From the NCBI GenBank assembly GCA_004431415.1, contig QPMI01000117.1:124001-188000 (forward strand): a stretch of 64,000 bases of DNA, written 5' to 3'. This document shows, one piece after another, positions 47,976 to 59,633 of this stretch (position 1 is the first letter of the stretch; each line of letters starts with the position of its first letter). A model generated the notes under the pieces. The model saw only the letters and a program-made list of their open reading frames with translations. It ran no database searches and was not told the DNA's origin. The position numbers and the translations under genes were made by a program. This stretch comes from Cyanophora paradoxa CCMP329. Lineage: Eukaryota > Plantae > Glaucophyta.

Positions 47976-50900
47976 CTAGATTATGACTTCGCCGAGCCCG
48001 GTCGAAATTTCCTCGGATCTTCCGAAGTTCTCAGCGCAAGGTGATTGCAATTTTAGCTCGGGCCTCACGGGCCTGCTAGCGCTGGCCCTGGGCCAGCCCG
48101 GCCTCTCCTCCCCACACCTGCGTCTATCTAGAACCGCAAAAGAATCATTGAATTTTCTCTTTGAATTTCGAGCCGCTGGTTCTAGGCCTGCTTCAGCTAC
48201 GCCTCGACCGCGAGCGGCTGCGGCGGCCCGCTGGCGGAGGGGAGGAACCACGACGCTATGCTGCGGACGCTGATGAGGTCCGCGCCGGCGCCGTCGGCGG
48301 CGGCCGCCTGCCCGCCGCTCCTCGTCGAGCTGCGGGTGCGCGGGGCGCCCGGCGCGCCGCTGCGGCTGCGCCCCGAGGCGACGGTGGCCGCCGAGCGGGC
48401 GCTGAGGTCCTCGAGGGCCGAGCCGGCGGCCTGGCTCCGCCGGCTGCAGCTCGCCTGTGAGCCGCAGGCCGCCGAGAGGGACGAGGAAAGGCTCCGCCGG
48501 AGTCGAACTCGTCCTCGGGTGCGGGAGGGGGAGGGGGAGGGGAGGAGGGGCGGGCGCCCCGCGGCCCGGCGCCCCGCTCCGCTTGCGGGGCTTGCCGGGG
48601 CTCGCGGCCAGCGGAACGGCCGGCGCCGCAGCAGGGTCCGGAGGGGCGGCCGCGGCCACTGCGGGGGGCGCGGGCCCCCTGCTCCGCCGCTTGCCGCCCG
48701 TGAGGGACAGAGGCACCTGGCGCGAAATTGCGCCGTTTAGAGACGCGTTTGGAAACGATCTGGCAGCGAAGAATTTGAAAGAAGCGCACCGGCCCCGCCT
48801 CGAGGGCGCAGCAGAGAGGGTCGAGTGCCTCCTGCCCCCGGCCGCCGGGCGTGAGGGCGCCGGCGCCGGCCGCGCGTCGGAGGGGTACACGCACGGGGTC
48901 CAGCTCGAGGGCGCGGGGTACCCCCGAGAGGGCGACGAGAGTCTCCACCTCCTCCGCCGTACCCCGCAGCAGCGGCAGCCCGAGGCAGTCCGAGGCCTGG
49001 CCGAGGGCGGGTCAGCCGGGCCGCCCGCCCCCAGATCAAATTGCGAATTGAAGCTCGGCGGGACTCGAGGGCACCTCGCGGAGCTTGCGGGAGAGGAGGG
49101 CCGAGGCGGCGCAGAAGACCGTCAGGATGCGCGCCTGCAGGATAAGGAAGCAGCGCGGGCAAATCAGAGAGGCCGGGAAAGAGGGGTTGGCGGGCGTGGG
49201 GCGAGAGACGGAGAGAGGGGGAAGGGGGGAGGGGTAGGGGGAGAGGGGAGGGGAGAGCGGGGCGGGGTCGGCTGGCCCGGGGGAAAGGGGGTGGGAGGGG
49301 GGCGCGGAGGTTGGGGAACGGGGAAGGAGGGGGTGGGGAGGGGGCGCGGAGGTTGGCGGATGGCGGGGGTAGGGGGCTGGAGCGGGGATTAAATATTGGC
49401 GGGGAGAGGGCCGCGGGCAGGAGGGAAGGGGAGAGCCGAGGAGGAAGGGGCGCGGCCGGGGGGTAGAGGAGAAGGCGGGGAAAGAAGGGGCGCGGCCGGG
49501 AGGGGGGGGGGGCCGGGGGAGGGGAGGAGGAAGCGGGAGGGTGCACGTGGGAGGAGGCGGGGGGCGGGGGGTGGACGGGACGGGGCAGGTGCGCGCCTCG
49601 TCGCTGTCGCGGATCGGGGCGTGGTTCAGCACGCCTTTCTCCGCCACGCCCTTCAGGACGAGGCCTGACGGGCCCGGACCGGTCCCGAGTCAGCAGAGGC
49701 CGAGAGGGCGCAGCGGGGGTGGGGTGGGGGGGGTACCGGTGCTCGTGCAGTCCTCCTCGAAAGCCTGCGGGAGCCTGCGGCGGGGCCGGGGGCCGGACCG
49801 TGCCGGGGCCGCCTCACAAGGGGCCCCTGGGCCGGGCTCGAATCCGAGGAGCGCACCGGGAGCTCTGGCCGCAGACGAAGGGCTTGAAGATGTCGCGTTT
49901 CGTCTCGTTCACCTGAGCCGGCCCGCCCCGCCCCGCCCCGGTCAACTTGGCAACGCCTTGAAAAAACAAGAGGTCAGAGCAGGGAAGCGGGGCGGGGCGC
50001 CGGCGGGCCTGGCGGGTTGTGAGGACGAGGTTCCAGTCCTTGTTGAGCAGATCGTACAGCGTCCGCCGCGCCCTGCGCCGTTGTCATCTTGAGCGGATGT
50101 CTCGTGGGCGCAGCGGAATCAAATCGAGGCCTAAGCCTATATGTGGCCGCACCGGTCGGCCTCGTCGGCGGTGGTCAGCGGAGCGCGGGCCAGCGCGATT
50201 GTGAAGACGCGGGAGGCAACCTGCGATGCGTCCATGGGGCCGGAAGGCCATCGTGCGCCCGAGATCGGGTCAGAGGCGGGCCGCGGATTCGAACCTGCAT
50301 CTCGATGATGTGGTCGACGGCGGGCACGTGCTCCGAGCGGGCCGCGTCGCTCCGGAGCCCCGCGGTGGGCACGCCCGTGTACGGGCAGCGGCCCCCGCGG
50401 AGCGCCCCGATCTAGAGCTCGAGTCCGTGATCCGAGAGGGGGGCAGGCCTAAAACTCAGAGGAGCACCTGCTCGCGCCGGCCGGGGTTGACGTTCTGCCG
50501 TAGCGCCGTCGCGCAGATCTTCTCCCTGTCGCAGATTTGATCTCGCTGTCAGAGAAAGATTTGATCTGGAGCGCGGGCCGGCCGCGGGGCTCTCTCTGAC
50601 CACTCTTTGTAGCGCCACTCGACGCGTTCGCGGAGCTCGGGGTCCGCCTTGAACTCCTCGTGGTAGGACTGCGCAGGCTCCCCGCTGCGCCCGGGAAGAA
50701 GTGAAGGGGAAGAAGGGCGCAGAACGGCGGGCCGAGGCACGCACTGGGCGCCGGGCTGCTGGACGCGTCTCCTGCCCGCGCACGAAACGAGTCAGAAGTT
50801 GCAGCAGCGAAACGATTCGCTAAAAGATTCGCACCGAGGCAGCTTCGGCGCGCTGCTCGCGTTCCACATGCAGGAGCCGCCGCACGCGCAGCCCGGGCCG

Positions 50901-51437
50901 CACGCGATCCCGTGGCCCTTGCAGCGGCACCGCGAGTGGTCGACCCTGCATCCGCCCTTGGCGCAGCCGCAGTCGCCCACGTCCAGATCCGGGGCGCCGG
51001 CGGCCCGGAGCGGCCACGGCTGCGGATCCGGCCTCGGCGGCGGGAGCGTGGGCGGCGCCGCGGACGCGGTCGGCGCCCCCGCGGCTGGATCAAATTCGAA
51101 AGCGCCGCCTTCTTCGTCGCTGACGCTGATCGCGGCGTCAGGCGACTTGATAAGCGAAGCGAGTAAGGTCTCTTACGCACATAAGGACGTTCGCGGGAGC
51201 GGCAGCCGGCCCTGGGGCGCTGGGGAGTCGCGCGTGAGCAGGCGACGTTCAAACGCGACTGCGCGACGGGGCGGGCGGGACGCACGCGTTGGGATCGTCT
51301 CGCCTCCACTTGCAATTCGCTCCGCAGGCACAGGCGGGACCGCAGCCGCGGTGGTTCTTGACGCATCCGCAGTTCTTTGCCGGATTGGGGCGGCAACAAC
51401 CACCGTCTTTTCCTTTCTCTCCGCACCGGCAAGACAT
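47976..51437 (-). CDS. Tandem CXC (tesmin/CRC-like) + HNH(HNN) endonuclease domain protein; 3' end approximate
   Basis: Frame-consistent splicing gives CRC..CC..NCGCVKNHRGCGPACACGANC and CGCAKGGCRVDHSRCRCKGHGIACGPGCACGGSC. These are followed by RCPYTG..VDHIIEMQ..LLNKDWNLVLTTRQ|VNETKRD. Confidence 0.8.
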
Positions 51438-51720
51438 GCTGCTGATGCCTGGAGCTCGACCGAAGGTCGCGCCGGCCACAGGAGTGAACGAGCGTCTCGC
51501 TCGGTGATCGCGTCTCGCGGCGGCTGGACTCGCTGGATCGCACAAGAGCTATGTGCCGATGCCTGTAGGGCAGCACTAGTGGGCGACTCGGCGCCGCGGC
51601 AGCTGAACCTGCGCTAACTGCCGCAAAGGGGGTACAGCCTACACAAGTGATCGGCACGGCAAACCAGCCGGCGGCGCACGCCGGCACTCTCTTTGGTCCG
51701 GATCGTGGCGTACCACGTAG

Positions 51721-54700
51721 ATGGACGCGCTCGGCAGTTTCTTGGCTGCCTCGGTGGCTGCGTCGCAGCTAGCCGGAACCCTCGGCTTCGAGCAGCACAG
51801 GCTCCCGTTCGACTACTGGCCTCCTCTAGAGCCGTATGCACCTCCGATGCAGCACTTCCAGCAGCAGCTGTCACCGCCGCAGTTTGCTGAAAGGGGCTCT
51901 CCTGCCCCAGCCACCAATGAGGGTTGCATTCCGACCCGGAGCCAGATCCAGGACGCCCTTAATGAACACCTAGCCGAGATTAGAGATAGTTCGTCAGCGT
52001 TCTCGTGGTTTTTGAACAACGACCTGCCACGAGGTTCGTGATGCAGCCCACGTACGTCTGCCTCTTCCGTCAGATCTTCTCACATTGGGCCGTCCGTCCA
52101 TCTTGGCAGCTCTTACGGAGAAGGTTCTGTGCTTCTCTATCCCAAAAGAAGCACGTTTCCCCCCTCCAAAGGATGACCGCACTGGTGGCTATGGGGTCCT
52201 CTTTCGGAAGCTGGGCTTCAGCCAGCCGGAGGTGGCGCAGCGCAAGTGGCACCGATGGAGGTTAGCACGTTTGGCACGATCCTGTCACAATCGCGCCTTG
52301 CGCCCGCTGGACGACCTCTAATCGGTTCTCCAGGGCCTCGATCGGTTATCCCTGGGAGGAGTTCAGGGGCATTCTGGCGGAGATGCAGATCTCCTTTCCT
52401 CCAACGCTTCCTCCCCGTAAACCGGGCGAGGTGTGTTCAGCAAACGCCGTCTAGACCTGATCTGATCGTCCTCGTGCGCTGACCGACCTCGCAGGAGAAC
52501 GCTCCGAGGCCACGAGGTCGCCCTCCGATGCACAAGAACAAGGAGAAGAAAGCAGCAGCGGCGGCCGTGCGGGGTCAGCTCGCCCCCTGTGCCAAAGTTG
52601 CCGAGCTGACCTCCGGTATTGATCGCCGCCCGCAGCTACACCGCCGGAGCAAGATTTCGACATGTACGCGCCGGATCGCAGTCTTCGGCCCCGAGTGGCG
52701 GGCATGACGTTCGACGGACTGGACAGCGAGGGCGAAGTGCGGCCGGCGCGCCCTGCCGGCGCCCGCCCGTTCTTACGGAAGCCCGCAGGACGATGCGTCG
52801 CACGACGCCGGCTACGCCGGACACGCCGAGTCCCGATCGGGAGGCGGGCCTGGCCGCAAGCGCACCACGACCGCGAACCCGGCCGCGTACAGGTTCGCGC
52901 TCGCCCGCGCGGCCGTTCCCGCCCCGTCCCGCCACGTCTAACTCTCTCGCAGGAAGCAGGGCCCGCCGGTCGAGGGATCGCCGCGGCAGTTGGGGAACGA
53001 CGTACCACAGGATGTGATCCAGCACTACCTAACCTACCTGAAGCAGCGCGCCGAGGCAGTCCGCCCGTCCCGTCCGCTCCCGCCCCTTCCTTTCCTCTCC
53101 TTACGCGCAGCTGGATGCCGAGCAGATGGCGTCGAACCCGGGATCGCAGCCGGTGCCGGTGCGCCCCTTCGCCCTCTTTTGATCCGCGGGCGGCCGCAGC
53201 TGACCGACCGCGCCTTCGTCTCTCGCAGCACGAGGAGGCTTACTGCCTCGTTTGCAAGGACGCCGAGTGCGAGCTGAAGTGTGACTTCCCGGGCTGCACC
53301 AAGGCGAGTCGCCGCCCGCCCGCACGCCCGCCCGCCGGCCTGCCCGCCGGCTTGCCCTCCCGTCCGGATTCGAACCGGGTTCGAGCAGGTGTACCACGTG
53401 GACTGCTTGGTACCGGAGGCGCGCCCCGGCCGCCTCGAGTCGGGGGACTACGACCTCGACTCGAACTGGTATTGCCCGCGCCACAAGTGCGGCCACTGCA
53501 GCAAGGTCCGCCCTCCCTCGATCCTCGAGCCGCCCCCGCCCCGCCCCGCCCCGCCCCGCCCGTCCCGAGCCGTCCGGCGGCGGCAGATCGAGGAGCTGAA
53601 CCGATGCGACGCGTGCCTGTGGTGCTTCTGCAAGCGGCACGGGGCACAGCCGCAGGACCAGGCGCTCCCGGGCTCCGCCTTCACCCGTAAGATGTGCGCT
53701 CGCTGCCGAAACCTCGTCATGGTACGCGCCGTACCCCCCCTCGCCCCCCGCCCCCCGCCTCCCGCCCGTCCGAGCGCGGCGGCAGGGGTACCCGGTGGAC
53801 GACGAGTCGGGGCACCAGCGCTCGCGGGTGAAGGGGCACCCCGCCGGCAAGGCCGTCTCGCCGCAGAACGGCCCGCAGGGCCCGGGCGCGCCCGTGCCCG
53901 AGATCCCGCAGGCCTCTGGGCCCCGCAGCGGCGCCGGCGCCCGCCGGCACGACCTCACGTGCGCCCCCGCCCTCCCCTCCCCGTCTTTCTCGCGCTCGCC
54001 CGGGCCGACCGGGGCGGGCGGGCGGGACGGCAGGATCCGGGTGACGGGCGGGACGGGCCGGAGCTACTCGCCTTCTGGCGCCGGAGGGGGCCGCGGCCGG
54101 GGCCGCGGGGCGCACGCCGGGCTGCACGGGCGGCACCGGCGCGGCTCGGGGCACACGGCGAGCCCGAGCGAGAGCGATGAGACGGAGACCGACGTCGACC
54201 TCGACTCGGACGAAGAGGTGGGATCCGGGATCCGGAAATTCAAATTTCAACATCCGAAGTCTGACCGCGGCGCCCGTCTGCAGGCTGCGTTCCCGGCGCC
54301 TGGCGCGGTGGCGAACCCGCGGCGCTCTGGGGGCGTGGCGATCCCCGCCGTCCCCCGCATTCGGGCCTTCGAGGAGGTCGCTGCCGGTCCGTGCCTCGCC
54401 GCCCGCGTTCGCCCGCTCGCTCGCTCGCTTGTCGGCCCCCTGCTGACGCCGGCCGCGCCGCGCCGCGCGCAGCGTCGTCCCCGCGGGACTTTGCCGCATC
54501 CCCGCGGACGATCACAGTGGGCGCCGCCGTCGCCGCCCTATCGGTCCACTCCCCGCGGGCCCTCCCCGCCGTCACCGGCCGCGACTCGCCCCGCACCTCC
54601 GCCGGCTCCGGCCCCGGCCCCGGCCCCGGCGTAGGCCAGTCCTCCCACCACCACCACCTCCACTCCCACTCCCACTCCCACCCGCACCCGCACCCCGCCG

Positions 54701-55956
54701 GCGGCCCCCAGGCCCAGTCGGTCTCCAGCCCCTCCACAGCCAAGCGCAAGTTCCACCCCTCCGCCGCCGCCGCCCCGCCGCCGCCCCGGCCCCGGCCCGG
54801 CCCCGACGCTCGGCCCCGCCCCCGGGGGCCACACCGCCCCCGCGGCTCCCGTCCCCGTGCCGGCGCCGCCGGCGGTGCTCGGCCCGCAGTCGCCGTCCTT
54901 CGCGCCGCTGCTGAAGCGGCCGACGAGGGAAGGGGACCTCCCGTCCGCCTTCCTGCCGCCTCCCTCCGCCAACGCCGCCTCGGGCGCCGGCGGGCCCGGG
55001 CAGCACCACCAGTCGGTCTCGCTGGCCGAGCAGCTCGCCGAGGGCGACGAGATGGACTCGCCGCCCCCGCAGCTCAGCACCGCCGGCTCCTCGAACATGA
55101 CCACGCCGCTCTCGGGAGGGCAGAAGGCCCCCAGCGGCGCCACGCTGCCGCCGCTGCTCTCCTCGGCGCGCGGCGCGGCGGCGGCGGCGCACTCGCAGCA
55201 CCTCCACTCGCCCAAGAGCACCGTCGTGGGCGCCTCGGAGAACGGAGCGCCCTCGGAGGCATCGGAGGCGGACGCGGCGGCCGAGGAGGCGTCCAAGGCC
55301 CGCGATCACTTCGTGGGGATGCTGGACTGGGTCAAGCGGGCGGCGGCCGACGCGGCGGCGGACCCCGCGGCCCGCGCGGCGCTCACCCGCTGCGTCATGC
55401 TCAACCTCCCCCAAGTCCAGGCCGTCTACAAGGTTCGTGGCGGCGCCCCGGCACGGACCGCGGTCGGCCGGCCCTGACGGCGCGCGCGCGCGCGTACGCG
55501 CAGATGTCCCGGGACGGCTCGCGGCGGGCGCCGGCGCTGGTGGCGGCGCTGGTGGAGGTGGCGGCGGCGCGCGGCTTCGCGCTGCCGCCGGCGGCCGTCG
55601 CGCCGCCCGAGTCGATCGCGGCGTGCCTCGCGTGGGTCGAGGCGCTGGCGGAACAGCACCCCGCGACGATCGGGGCGCCGCAGAGCCTGGCGCGCCTGCG
55701 CGAGCACGTCTTCTGCCACACGCCGCAGGTCTACGCCCTCCACGCTGTGCGCTCCCGCCAGCACGACGGCGGCGCCGAGGCCCTCGCAATCCTCTCCGAG
55801 CTCCCGCTGCCCGGCCCGGGGGCCTGCGAGGGGCCCCTCTGCGCCCGCTGCCACGCCGCCATCAAGGAGGAGCGGCGGGAGCGCGCCGCCAGCGACGCCA
55901 GCGGCGAAGAGGCGGCCGTTGACATCGAGGGGCAGGCCCCCATGGACGACGGATGA
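51721..55956 (+). CDS. AT-hook + PHD/C5HCH (NSD-type) zinc-finger chromatin protein
   Basis: RPRGRPP near 52505. YCLVCKDAECELKCDFPGCTK|VYHVDCL..WYCPRHKCGHCSK|IEELNRCDACLWCFCKRH..MCARC resembles the NSD PHD5-C5HCH module. His-rich run present, no SET domain seen. Confidence 0.8.
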
Positions 55957-57104
55957 CCCGGCCGGGAGGAGTTCTGGGGGCGTTTCGGGGCGGGTGGGGT
56001 AGGGTGCAGAGCAGGGGGGAGGGGAGCGGGGGTTTCGAGGGGAGGAGGAGTAGCGGCAGCAGCTGCCGGCGCGGCGCTGGCGCCCGTGTAGGGTCGAGGA
56101 GGTAGACACGCCCTTGCAGTTTTGAATCAGCCCCGCCGCTCGCTCGCTGTCCGCGGCTGTTTCAACTATTTTTAGGCCGTCAGTCGGTCGTTGTGCTCGA
56201 GGCACCGGGGCTCCCGCGCCTGGGCCGCGCGGGGGCCCCGCGCCAGAGCCTTTTCTTCACAGTTCTTTCATTGTTGAGGGTCGATCGTGTACATAGCTAG
56301 AGGCCGACCGGCCCCCAGTCGCTTTAAGCCGCCCGTATATGCATATGCGTTTCGTCGACAATTAGATTGTGAGGTGTTCTATATGTCTATATTCGCTGCG
56401 AGCGTAAGCGCAATAATAACTCATTTTTAGGAGCGTAAGAACTTGCAAATTGAGAGCCATTGCCGCAAGATGAGTCTTAGAAGACATTGGAGGGAAACGT
56501 TTTCGCGTACTACGATCAACGGTGTACATGCATGTATGCAAATGCGCATGCATGCGCATGTGCATATGCATATATATGATCATGGCCGGCAGCAACCCCC
56601 GGCACCGGTCACGGGTACCAGATCTTAATATATATATAGCCTCTGGCAGCAGCTGCAGCTGCAGGAACAACTTCATTACATGGTATACGTATATATATAC
56701 GTATAATTCATATTAATAATATTCGAATTCGCTCTGATCCGATCCATATACCTCGCGATCGCGGGTACACTTGCATTTCTAACGATGATCACCTCCCGGG
56801 TACACTTGCATTTCCAATGCATATGATGGGATTCGGAGGCTTCAATTCAGCGATTCATTTGCGAACCGGCCCTTGCACTCAACTTCCCCCAATTTCATCC
56901 GGATCCAGCGCTAGGTTAGCCTAGGTGCACTTTCGGCGCCAACCAGCGCCGCGCCGCCGCCCCGCCGACGGCCCGGCGCCGGCGACGAGTATAGTACTCT
57001 CGGCGGCGAGTCGGCGGCGACGAGCAGCGCGCGGCGCGAGTCGCCGGCGACTCTGGAGTCGCCATCATCAGAGTCCGGAGTCCGGACCGGAGTCCGGATC
57101 CGGA

Positions 57105-57850
57105 GACCACGAGCCGGCGCCTCCGATCATAGGCATGAGAAAAGCGAGTGTATCCACGTGCACGAGGTGATCAATATTGCCTTCTTGGACCCGGATCCCT
57201 TGCTACTTTAGCAGGTGATAACTTTTTAGTAGTTCAACTGGCAACGTCAGTCTTCGCAGGGCTTTTGCATGACAGAGACGTCGACGGGGCTACCCCTCAC
57301 ATGCTCGAAGAATTCTCGGCCTGCTAGCAGGCGGGACTCCGGGACTCCGGGAAATTTTTAGCAGACTCTAGATCTGATGAGATCGCCCCAAAACGTCTGG
57401 TAATATAAATATGCAGCATTCTAAATAGTTCTAGGCTTCTAGCTCTCCAGTTCCTCTGAAGAAACTTGCAACTGGAGTCTTGGACTGACTCGGGCGCCGG
57501 GCGGACTCCAAGACTTCGGGATTCGTCGAACTCCCCGGACCCCGGACCGTCGGACCCTGCAGTTCCACGTGCACTGCAGTAACTGAGTTCTGAAGTGCAA
57601 AGCCCTCCCGCCCGCCCACCGCCGCCCTCCAGGCTAGGCTCCAGCAGCTCGCGATCGCCCATCGACGCTCCCACCGCGAGCCGGCGCCTCCGATCATATG
57701 CATGAGAAAAGCGAGTGCACCCACGAGGTGATCAATACTTAATGCCTTTTTGGACCCGGATCCCTTGCTACTTTAGCAGGTGATAAGCCCTCCCGCCCCC
57801 CCGCCGCCGCCCTCCAGGCTAGGCTCCAGCAGCTCGCCCATCGACGCTCC
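57105..57850 (+). repeat. Local direct duplications (~115 bp and ~60 bp)
   Basis: 57111-57222 matches 57678-57787. ccgccgccctccaggctaggctccagcagctcgc occurs at ~57620 and ~57804. Confidence 0.85.
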
Positions 57851-58730
57851 CTCGCAGGACTCGTGCAGCGGGTCGTCGCCGAGTCGAGCGAGCTCCTTTT
57901 TACCAGGTGCGGCTCATGATCAGCGGCTGCCGCCCGCGGCGCGGCCGTCCGACCGTCGGGCTCCGGATCCGCTTTAATTATAAGCTTCCCCGCCCCCGAA
58001 TGTTGATGTGTCCGCCGCGCGCGCCGCCTCGCAGCTCCGGATCCGAAGCTCGGAGACTTCACGATGGCCGCCGCCGCTGCCGCCGCTCTTCCCCCGGCGA
58101 GCCCCTGTCTCGCTTTATTTAAAAAATTGTGGTCGTCGTCCCGCCGACGACCGACCGACGGCTGACGGCCGAGGCATGCGCAGTTCCCCGTGGAGCTCAA
58201 GGTTGCTACCCAGCTCGGGTTGATCGAGCAGCGCTTTCTCGAGAAGAACTACTCGGAGTTCAACGCGGAAAAGGTTCAGTATGTGACCCAGAGTGCGTCA
58301 CGCGTCCGCGCTGTTTTATTCGAGATCTAGATTTCGATTCTCATATGCATAATCAACCCGGCCCGCCGTTGACACTGCAAACAGAACTCGTGCAATCGAC
58401 TGGCCTCCGATGCGCGGGGCAGCTGCGACCCGTGCCGGTGCGTCATGATGAGGACTCCCTAGGGCCTGCAGAATTTGAACCCAGGTCCAGTAAGAATTTC
58501 AAACTGATATACGTTGCAATTGGCACCTTGAACAGATCCTCGACCTGGCGACTATCACCGGGAGGGCCATCATGGCTGTCGCTGGCGGCAAGATCAACTG
58601 GAACTCAGGCAGCGCCGGCGACCCTATTTGGGCTTGGCGCGAGGCGAGTCTTCCGTGCCCTGCCAGGCTGCTTTAAAACTTTCTCTTGTGCTCTAGATCT
58701 GTCTCTGGACCGTCGGACCTGGCCCTGATC

Positions 58731-59257
58731 ATGAGCTCCGCGACCCGCGCGCAGAGCGCGATGGCCTGCTGCCCGGACGGCTACAACCGCGCGGACGCCC
58801 CGCCGATTGGGTCGGCGGCCAACGCCCCGGTCCGGTGCATGCGCGGCGACACGCCGGAAACCAAGCAACTGGGCCCGGCCGCGACCGCGGCCGCCCGTGA
58901 GGTCGACCAGGACCTCCAGACCATCGTCGACGACTTCTTCACGGTGCCCCTGGCCATGGCCTACCCCCCTCGAACTTCCACCCCCTCTAGAAGATCTGAC
59001 GTATACGCCGACGCCCCGCCCTCGTAGGCCTACACCGCCGACGGCTTCGACGCCGCTGCCGAGCCCGTCGCCATGGCCGACGTGCGCCGCGCCCCGGCCC
59101 GGCCCGCGGCCCCTGCGCCCCGCTGACGGCCGCGGGGGGTACCGGTGCAGGCGGAAGAGGGCGTGGACGGCGTGGAGGCCGCTGCGGTCGCCTTTGCCGA
59201 CGCCGACGGCCACGACGCCAGCCTCGTCGCCGCCGCCGCCGCCGAGCACCTCCTCTA
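58731..59257 (+). pseudogene. Probable pseudogene, Ala/Asp-rich hypothetical protein
   Basis: Coding-like frame (EVDQDLQTIVDDFFTVPLAM..) continues past the in-frame TAG at 59025 (AYTADGFDAAAEPVAMAD). A gtgcgc..gcag intron then leads to AEEGVDGVEAAAVAFADADG. Confidence 0.45.
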
Positions 59258-59633
59258 GATCTAGATCCAGATCTGAGCGGTCGGGCCGGCGCTCCTCGCG
59301 ATCGAGCTCCTCGCCGAGTCGGCCTAGTTATGCAGGCCGAGGACGGGCAAAGGATCCGCAGAGCTGTACATGATGCCTCAACAACCGCATATACATTAAT
59401 TTGAAATTTTTGAATGCACTGCATATTAATATTTGTGTATGCATATGTGCACGTGTGTGTGCACGTGTGTGGGGGGGGGGGGGGGGGGGGGGACGTAGGG
59501 GAATGGTTGGGCTTCGAAGTTCGACGATATCCGACGTCGTCGTTGACGAACTCCGCCGGGCCCGGGGGGCTGGCCAAACGTCAAGGAAATCGCTTCATGA
59601 TCATTAGATACGAGTACAAATGCTCGTTAATGA

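Noticed and set aside
50280-50300. tRNA T-loop-like ggttcgaatcc (minus strand)
   Set aside because: It coincides with an intron donor and no cloverleaf forms.
49880-50400. Cas9/IscB call from the CPYTG..DH..N..N motif
   Set aside because: No RuvC motifs, bridge helix or ncRNA locus were seen. Only a generic HNH domain is supported.
24721-55956. Operon-like chromatin/defence cluster (SMCHD1 + BTB + HNH + PHD)
   Set aside because: The genes are independently oriented and separated by kilobases of repeats. Proximity alone is not evidence of a shared pathway in a eukaryote.
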